DNA from: an uncultured bacterium
GTDB taxonomy: Bacteria; Patescibacteriota; Minisyncoccia; Phycocordibacterales; DATDWN01
Direction of reading: 5' to 3'
DNA: 64,000 nt
NCBI GenBank assembly: GCA_963727715.1
Contig: CAVSGX010000004.1
Coordinates: forward strand, 8,455 to 72,454
Below the pieces are notes generated by a model. That model saw only the letters and a program-made list of their open reading frames with translations. It did no database searches and was not told the origin of the DNA. A program made the translations under genes and the position numbers. The stretch's first letter is position 1. Each line of letters begins with the position of its first letter. Of the stretch, positions 57,713-64,000 are shown piece by piece.

Positions 57713-58971
57713 AGAAACTTCCCTCGGGGTTGTCCATACGAAATCAGTAAATTTCATATTGTATGGAGTTTCCCCGATATAGCTAGATTACAATTCTATG
57801 TCACCATAGAAAAGAGACACCTTCGTCCTATATTTTATTAGCGGGACTGGATTATCTAATCCCATTCGCTACCCACGCTTTCGTGTTTCAGTGTCAGGAG
57901 TGGCCCAATGTGCTGCCTTCGCTTTCGGTGTTCCCCATGATATCAACGGATTTCACCCCTACTCCATGAGTTCCACACATCCCTGCCATCCTCTAGTCGT
58001 GCCGTTTCGCTCGCACTTCCGGGGTTAAGCCCCGGGTTTTAACAAGCGACTAACACAACCACCTACACACCCTTTACGCCCAATAATTCCGGATAACGCT
58101 CGGGGCACTCGTATTACCGCTGCTGCTGGCACGAGTTTAGCAACCCCTTATTCTTGAGGTACTATCAATAAACTTTCTCCCTCACAAAAGATGTTTACGA
58201 CCCAGAGGGTCTTCATCCATCACGCGGCGTCGCTCGATCAGGCTTTCGCCCATTGTCGAATATTCTCGGCTGCTGCCACCCGTAGGTGTATGGACCGTCT
58301 CTCAGTTCCATCGGTGGGGGCCAAGCTCTCACTCCCCCTACGCGTCATAGCCTTGGTAGGCCGTTACCCTACCAACTAGCTGATACGACGCAGACTTTTC
58401 CTTTAGCGATAAATCTTTCCTCCGAAGAGAATATCAAGTATTACCTAATCTTTCGACTAGCTATTCCTGACTAAAGGGTAAATCTCTGCGCATTATTACC
58501 TCGTTCGCCACTGTCCTTGCGGACCGTTTGACTTGCATGCCTTATCCACGCCGCCAGCGTTCATCCTGAGCTAGGATCAAACTCTTAATAAAGATTTATT
58601 AAGATCTATCTTTTAAGAACGGAACAAAATAAAGGAAAATACTTTTGGTATCGCGATTATTTTATTTTTCTTTGATGAACACTGATTGTGTTTTTGGTTG
58701 ATTGTTATTGATGTTGTGAATTTTGCTGAATTCACTTTCCGGAATTATTTTAAAAGAATATTTTGCATCCGACTGTTTTTGACAAAACAGCCGAACTGTA
58801 AAACTTGCACGTTTTACATTCTCTAAATAAAGCCGACGTTTTCAGTCGGCTCCCCGACCTAATGCGTCGGGGTTCATTTTGATTGTCAACGAACTATCCA
58901 GTAAAGAAAATGCCTTTTGAGGCACCTAGATAGTATAGCCACGCCAAAGAAAAAGTCAAGTCAATCAGCGG

Positions 58972-59307
58972 TCAATTTTGCAAAAAAGAAACCTGGGAGG
59001 ATGACCCAGGTTTTGTTTGCCTTTTCCCTTGTTCTTTCAGCAAAGGCTTAATCTTTTTAGGAACTTCTTTTATTTTATTTTTTGCTTTTCTTACATCTTT
59101 TATATCTCCTTTATTCTGCAAACAACCAGAATAAAAATAAAAGAGATTGTCTTCAATGAGCAACGTCTGAGAAATTATTCCATCAAAATTTCCTTTGGCC
59201 ATGGCCTTTTCAAGATCAGCGATCGACTGTTTCAAATTGTGATTGCTTTGACAAAAACAAAAAATAGAAAAGGCAAAAAACAGAACAATGAGTTTTGTTA
59301 GCTTCAT
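58972..59307 (-). CDS. Small secreted/lipoprotein-like hypothetical protein
   Basis: N-terminal signal-like 'MKLTKLIVLFFAFSIFCFC' and a Lys-rich C-terminus. Confidence 0.4.
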   Translation of the reverse strand: MKLTKLIVLFFAFSIFCFCQSNHNLKQSIADLEKAMAKGNFDGIISQTLLIEDNLFYFYSGCLQNKGDIKDVRKAKNKIKEVPKKIKPLLKEQGKRQTKPGSSSQVSFLQN

Positions 59308-59364
59308 CGTTCGATCTCCACCAATAATATTACACCAAAACAGATTTTTGTAAAGTTGAGAAAA

Positions 59365-60267
59365 TTACTTCTTTTGCAATTTTTCCAATGTCACTAGAAG
59401 TGGCGAGGCAATGAAAATTGACGAGTATGTGCCGGCGATGATGCCGATGATGAGGGTCAGAGCGAAATCGCGAGTGGTTTGTCCGCCGATGAGGTACAAC
59501 GCCAGAAGAGCCAGAAAAATTGTCAGAGATGTGTTGATGGAACGACCAAATGTTTCGGAAACGGATTTGCCGACAGTTTCGGTGAATGTCTCTTTGGTTT
59601 TTGTTGTTTGATTGACGCGCAGATGTTCGCGGACACGATCAAAAACGACGATGGTGTCGTGAACCGAATAACCGAGAATGGCCAGAAGTGCCGTGACAAA
59701 AAGCAAGTCAATTTCTCCACCGTGAAAATGGGTGTAAGCCACATAAAATCCAGCCGGCAAGAGCACGTCGTGAGCCAAGGCGACGATAGTGGCAAAACCG
59801 TATTTCCACGATGAGACCGGGTAGGAAACCTTGCGGAAAGCAAAAGTGATGAACAGAACGATACAGATGATGACCATCAAAATGGCGTACATGGCTTTGC
59901 TTTTCATTTCATTGCCGACAGACGGGCCTATTGTGTTGGAGAGTTGTTCTACAGCAGGATTGTTTTGATCAACAGTGAAAGCCGAAAGAACCGCGGTGTT
60001 TTCAGGTTGCGACAGCTCGCGCGATTTTAAAATAAAACTATCCGCGCCGGATGGTGTTAAAACATATTCACCGAGATTTAATTTATCCAAATTAGCTTTG
60101 ACGGGAGCCAGTTCTGGTCGTGCCGACTGATAGTTAACTTCAGTGATTGATCCTCCTTTGAAATCAATGCCAAGATTAAAACCGAAAGCGAAAAAAGAAC
60201 AAATCGCGGCCAGAACCAGAATAGCTGACAAAGTGAAAAATATTTTTCTGTGGTTTACGATAAACAT
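59365..60267 (-). CDS. secF: Protein translocase subunit SecF
   Basis: 'LGIDFKGGSITEV' and six TM helices; adjacent to secD. Confidence 0.85.
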   Translation of the reverse strand: MFIVNHRKIFFTLSAILVLAAICSFFAFGFNLGIDFKGGSITEVNYQSARPELAPVKANLDKLNLGEYVLTPSGADSFILKSRELSQPENTAVLSAFTVDQNNPAVEQLSNTIGPSVGNEMKSKAMYAILMVIICIVLFITFAFRKVSYPVSSWKYGFATIVALAHDVLLPAGFYVAYTHFHGGEIDLLFVTALLAILGYSVHDTIVVFDRVREHLRVNQTTKTKETFTETVGKSVSETFGRSINTSLTIFLALLALYLIGGQTTRDFALTLIIGIIAGTYSSIFIASPLLVTLEKLQKK

Positions 60268-60275
60268 AAAGGTTT

Positions 60276-61619
60276 TTAAAAATGAAGACCGTTGCTAAAA
60301 AGAAATTTCTTAAATCGACTTTGGGTTTTCGGCGCGATGGCGAAAAGGAATGTGCGCGAAACAGAAATAGCGGTGAACATTGAGACGAGCACACCAAGAC
60401 CGAGTGTCAGAGCGAAACCTTTGATGGCGCTTGTGCCGAGCCAGAAAAGAACGACAGCCGTGATGATTGAGGAAATGTTCGAGTCGCGGATGGAAAGCCA
60501 GGCTCGAGTGAATCCTTCGTGCAAAGCTTCGTAAATGGTTTTACCTCTTTTCAATTCTTCTTTCATTCTTTCAAAAATCAAAATGTTGGCGTCCACAGCC
60601 ATACCGATGGACAGAATAAACCCGGCGATGCCGGCCGCGGAAAGCGTCACCGGAATCAATTTGAAAACAGAGAGAGACAAAACAATGTACATTGAAAGTG
60701 AAATGGAAGCCAAAAGTCCCGGCAAGCGATACCAAAGGATTAGGAAAATAACGATGAGCAGAAAGCCGATAGCCCCGGCTTTAACACCTTGCGTCTTGGC
60801 ATCCTGGCCGAGCGACGCGCCGATGGTTTGGTTTGAAACCAGAGTGATCGGTACAGGCAGAGCGCCGTAATTTAGATTTTGCACCAGCGATTTGGCATCT
60901 GCGGCAGTAAATTTACCGGAAATGACCGCCTGTCCATTTGTAATGGCATCTTGAATGACCGGGGCGGAAATAATTTGACCATCCAGTACAATGGCTAAAA
61001 TTTCACCTTTGTGCTGCGTGGTGATTTTAGAAAATAGAGTGGTGCCTTGATCATTGAAATTTAGAGCGACAAGCGGTTGGCCGGCAATCTGCCCACTACC
61101 GGTAGTGGTAAACTGCAAAGAAGCGTTGCTCAAATATTGCCCAGTCAACCCGGTTGATTCATAGACTTGATCAAGTGTCGCTGTCTTGAGTTGATCGGCT
61201 GTAAAGTTTTTGGCCTCTGGCCGTTGTAACATAAATTCAAGTTGCGGAGTTTGGCCGATCATGGCGATGGCCTGATCGATTCTTGTCACGCCCGGCAAGT
61301 CCACGATCAAACGATAATCTTTTTGTCCGGAAACCAATCCAGCTTCTTCTGTTTGCACCACCGGCTCCGAGACGCCAAAAATGTTTACTCGTCTTTCAAT
61401 GACAGAGCGTAGAGAATCCATAGCTGCCGAAATATCTCCGCCAATAACTTTGGAAACATCGGCACGGTATGTCAGCTCGGTTCCACCGTTTAGGTCCAGA
61501 CCAAGCTTGAATGCATATTGCTGAAAATGTCCGCCGACTTTTTGCGATTGGTAAACAAAGTAGCCGAGAAAGACAAGGACAACTAGTAAAAGCAGTGACA
61601 GAAATCTATGTTTGGTCAT
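60276..61619 (-). CDS. secD: Protein translocase subunit SecD
   Basis: 'KLGLDLNGGTELTY', a periplasmic domain and C-terminal TM helices. Confidence 0.85.
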   Translation of the reverse strand: MTKHRFLSLLLLVVLVFLGYFVYQSQKVGGHFQQYAFKLGLDLNGGTELTYRADVSKVIGGDISAAMDSLRSVIERRVNIFGVSEPVVQTEEAGLVSGQKDYRLIVDLPGVTRIDQAIAMIGQTPQLEFMLQRPEAKNFTADQLKTATLDQVYESTGLTGQYLSNASLQFTTTGSGQIAGQPLVALNFNDQGTTLFSKITTQHKGEILAIVLDGQIISAPVIQDAITNGQAVISGKFTAADAKSLVQNLNYGALPVPITLVSNQTIGASLGQDAKTQGVKAGAIGFLLIVIFLILWYRLPGLLASISLSMYIVLSLSVFKLIPVTLSAAGIAGFILSIGMAVDANILIFERMKEELKRGKTIYEALHEGFTRAWLSIRDSNISSIITAVVLFWLGTSAIKGFALTLGLGVLVSMFTAISVSRTFLFAIAPKTQSRFKKFLFSNGLHF

Positions 61620-61672
61620 ATGGCGTATAGTATAGCGATTTCGGAAGAAAAGACAAGTGAAGATTTCGAGGG

Positions 61673-61843
61673 CACAAATCCGACTGGCATAATAAATTTT
61701 TGGAGATGTAAACTTTTCCAGCGAAAAGTTTACTCGGTCCTCGGCTCGGATTTGTCAAGAGCCTTCGCTTTGCTCAGGTCATTGACAAAACCAGCTCCTC
61801 GCCTGCGTATGCTCCAAAAATTTATTATGCCAGTCGGATTTGT
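61673..61843. repeat. Perfect ~32-bp inverted repeat pair (61674-61705 / 61812-61843) enclosing ~105 nt with an internal hairpin, in the secD upstream region
   Basis: 'acaaatccgactggcataataaatttttggag' and its exact reverse complement. Internal hairpin 'gtaaacttttccagcgaaaagtttac'. Confidence 0.6.
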
Positions 61844-61928
61844 TCAGTGATGATTTCCCACTTTGCTTTTCTTCCAAAATCTAGTGGGAATGGAAAAAAG
61901 AAAAGCGCCGGTTGCCCGGACACTTTAT

Positions 61929-62231
61929 TTACTGTTGATGATGCCTATTGTGAGACCATTCCCAAACCGCCATGGTGGCGGGCAAGACAGAGAGTGGACC
62001 CAAAAGAAATGAGAGCAGGAGTGATGTTATTTTATAATCCATCATCCAATACTCTCTACCTGTTGGGTAGTTTCCCGCTTTCCTGTCAGCAAAAAACATA
62101 ATACCCCAACTCAACAGAGCCAAAGAAAACAAAACAGAGAGCTTTGTAAAAACATACTTATGATTAATACCAAACACAAACATGTAATTCAAAAACCCTA
62201 AATAGAACCAAAGGATTGCCTTTGTGAGCAT
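61929..62231 (-). CDS. Small multi-TM membrane protein, hypothetical
   Basis: 100 aa with three hydrophobic helices. Confidence 0.35.
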   Translation of the reverse strand: MLTKAILWFYLGFLNYMFVFGINHKYVFTKLSVLFSLALLSWGIMFFADRKAGNYPTGREYWMMDYKITSLLLSFLLGPLSVLPATMAVWEWSHNRHHQQ

Positions 62232-62272
62232 AGAGTCTCCGTTTTATAGGTTATCATTAAAACAAAATTTTG

Positions 62273-63622
62273 TCAAACTCCCCTTCTTGAAACAAGTTCA
62301 CGAATGGTTTTCAAAGCGATTTTGATATCCAACCAGAATGAGCGATTTTTGATGTAGAAAAGATCGTAGGAAAGTTTGGTTTTGGTTTGAATATAATCGG
62401 TGGCAAATTTCGGCGGAGTTTTTTGATAGAGTTGAGCCCAACCGGAAAGCCCCGGCTTGATCAAATGACGAACATTGTAGAAACTGATTTCTTTTTCGTA
62501 GAGTTCCACTAGCTTCGGCAATTCCGGACGCGGGCCGATAAGTGAAATGTCCCCGCGCAAAACGTTCCAGAGTTGGGGCAGTTCATCAATACGCGAGGCG
62601 CGCAGAAATTTCCCAACATGAGTGATTTTTTGCTCCCTGCCGACGCGTCCGTCTCCGGAGTCATCCACGGACATTGTGCGAAATTTTAAAATGCTCACGG
62701 TGTGGTTGTTCTGGCCGACTCGCTCTTGGCGAATGAAAATTTTCCCACCATCATCAAGTTTTATGAGGAACCAAACAAACAGATACAAAACAAGAGAGAT
62801 GACGCCAAGGAAAAAAGAAATAACAACATCCATAATTCTTTTCAAAAAATCGTAAGTAAACTTCGGCGAGACGGAAATATTTTCCAGAAACCAACTGTAT
62901 GTGACGAGTGAAAGTGGGATGCGGTCAAAAATATCTTCGTAGATGCGATGCGAATCAATAAAGCTCACTTTAGAAAAAATCAGATTATAAAGATGGGGCA
63001 AAAGCGGACCGACCCCGCGGTGAGAAAAATCCACCGCCACTATTTTTATGTTGTTCTCGTAAATCGGAGTGATGACTTCGTTTTGGATATCAATGCCGGA
63101 AATATCCGAAACATCCAAAGAAGAAATAAAATTTATGCCATAGCGACTGTTGCCGTTAACTTCTTCCAGAAGTTCTTTCATTTCCTCGCCAGAACCGATG
63201 AGAAGAGCCGGCTCGCGTGTTCTGACGCCCAGAAGTCCGACGCCGTACGTCCTCCACAAGACGCTCAAAACAAAAGAAATAATGAGGTAGATGAAAAGAA
63301 TTGTCTTCGGGGTGATGCCGAAAAACGGAATGATGTAGAAAAAGACAATGGCAAAAATACTGTTGACCACTTGAGCACTCCAAATGATACTCGGCAACTT
63401 GCCTTTCAGAATTAAAGTGTGTTTTTCATAAAGACCGGCGATAAAATAAATCAAAAACCAGATGACAAAAAGAAAAGAGAAAGGCACGAGGTGCGTTTGA
63501 AACCTTTGCCAAGACGGCACTTCGCCAAAACGAATATAAAGGGAAAGCCAAAGAGAAAAGGCAAAGAAAAAGATGTCGCCTAAAAATAGAATTATGGCTT
63601 CTTTTTTACCGAGGCTTTTCAT
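62273..63622 (-). CDS. Polyprenyl-phosphate glycosylphosphotransferase (WbaP/EpsL-type bacterial sugar transferase)
   Basis: C-terminal 'RIDELPQLWNVLRGDISLIGPRPELP' and N-terminal TM helices. Confidence 0.8.
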   Translation of the reverse strand: MKSLGKKEAIILFLGDIFFFAFSLWLSLYIRFGEVPSWQRFQTHLVPFSFLFVIWFLIYFIAGLYEKHTLILKGKLPSIIWSAQVVNSIFAIVFFYIIPFFGITPKTILFIYLIISFVLSVLWRTYGVGLLGVRTREPALLIGSGEEMKELLEEVNGNSRYGINFISSLDVSDISGIDIQNEVITPIYENNIKIVAVDFSHRGVGPLLPHLYNLIFSKVSFIDSHRIYEDIFDRIPLSLVTYSWFLENISVSPKFTYDFLKRIMDVVISFFLGVISLVLYLFVWFLIKLDDGGKIFIRQERVGQNNHTVSILKFRTMSVDDSGDGRVGREQKITHVGKFLRASRIDELPQLWNVLRGDISLIGPRPELPKLVELYEKEISFYNVRHLIKPGLSGWAQLYQKTPPKFATDYIQTKTKLSYDLFYIKNRSFWLDIKIALKTIRELVSRRGV

Positions 63623-63658
63623 AGATTATTGACGTATTTTATGCTAAAATCCTGAAAT

Positions 63659-64000
63659 ATGCAAGGGAACGAACAAAAAATCAAGCCAAGAATAAAAGTG
63701 ATGTTCTGTATCACAAAAGGCAAACCGTTTGGCGGCGCTCAAAAATATGTATTCGATTTGGCGGTGAATCTGCCGAAAAATAATTTTGATGTTTCGGTCG
63801 TTCACGGTTTTGGCGATATTTTGGCTACAAAACTTTCGGAATATTCCGTGCCGACTTTTTATATCAAAGATATGGGCCGGGACATAAATTTTTTGAAAGA
63901 TATAAAATCTTTTTTTGATCTACTTTTGATTTTCAGAAAAAATAAACCGGATATCGTTCATCTGAACAGTTCAAAAATCGGTGGCATCGGAGCTTTGGCC
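63659..64000 (+). CDS. GT4 glycosyltransferase, 5' partial (runs off window end)
   Basis: N-terminal GT-B pattern 'VMFCITKGKPFGGAQKYVFDLAVNL...DIVHLNSSKIGG'. Confidence 0.55.
   Translation, partial: MQGNEQKIKPRIKVMFCITKGKPFGGAQKYVFDLAVNLPKNNFDVSVVHGFGDILATKLSEYSVPTFYIKDMGRDINFLKDIKSFFDLLLIFRKNKPDIVHLNSSKIGGIGALA

Larger units (their letters stand above)
56553..57852 (-). other. ~1.3-kb insertion (putative group I intron) in 16S between 'GGATTAGATA' and 'CCCCAGTAGTCCACGCC'
   Basis: Exon sequences resume on either side of a 1300-nt non-rRNA block that encodes a LAGLIDADG ORF. Confidence 0.7.

Noticed and set aside
61674-61705. Homology between the secD-upstream inverted repeat and the termini of the rRNA mini-elements
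   Set aside because: They share only the 11-nt core 'AATTTTTGGAG'. This is too short in an AT-rich genome to claim a common origin.

Overview
This is an AT-rich window that reads like a Patescibacteria/CPR-type genome. Genes are compact, mostly lack a Shine-Dalgarno sequence, and include many glycosyltransferases.

Gene content from start to end:
- Positions 1-2655 hold a partial giant fibrous surface protein with an N-terminal helix-turn-helix-like domain, plus a small divergent excisionase-like HTH gene.
- Housekeeping genes follow: gatB, obg, a DsbB-like/thioredoxin pair, a LigT-like gene and secA.
- A long AT-rich spacer upstream of secA holds a GC-rich candidate ncRNA on the minus strand.
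- A ~23 kb glycan-biosynthesis island spans 11.7-36.6 kb. It carries an O-antigen-ligase-like gene, a flippase, gmd, a DegT aminotransferase, GT2/GT4/GT11 glycosyltransferases, FkbM and SAM methyltransferases, GtrA, and one sugar-nucleotidyltransferase interrupted by an in-frame TAG.
- A VirD4/TraG-like coupling ATPase sits at 36.7-38.5 kb.

The standout is a diversity-generating retroelement (DGR) at 38.5-45.5 kb.
- It has a template repeat (43071-43177) and three variable repeats at the 3' ends of three paralogous minus-strand genes. Two are near-identical 329-aa copies; the third is fused to a MoxR-like AAA ATPase.
- All but one of the differences between the template repeat and each variable repeat fall on template adenines in AAT codons.
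- The Avd-like four-helix-bundle gene lies on the opposite strand.
- The reverse transcriptase is split by a 38-bp tandem duplication and carries YNDD where YADD is expected.
- An AbiEii toxin-like pair sits between the two duplicated targets.
- A vWA/HExxH partner gene flanks the AAA-fused target.

Downstream of the DGR:
- A glycoside-hydrolase-like gene carries an intragenic copy of a twin-hairpin repeat.
- A ~1 kb high-GC foreign-looking gene follows, then pyk and a PnuC-like gene.
- An IS30-family insertion sequence abuts tRNA-Ile(GAT).
- A 16S rRNA gene (minus strand) is interrupted by two large insertions. One encodes a LAGLIDADG homing endonuclease. Both carry a ~250-bp inverted-repeat-flanked mini-element with an SD-led small hydrophobic ORF and terminator, antisense to the rRNA. 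The gene has a ~100-nt expansion hairpin and a 3' end that appears to lack the canonical CCUCC anti-SD.
- A promoter- and SD-equipped 74-aa membrane-protein gene sits in the 16S-tRNA spacer. No 23S follows.
- The window ends with secDF, a polyprenyl-phosphate sugar transferase and a partial GT4 gene.
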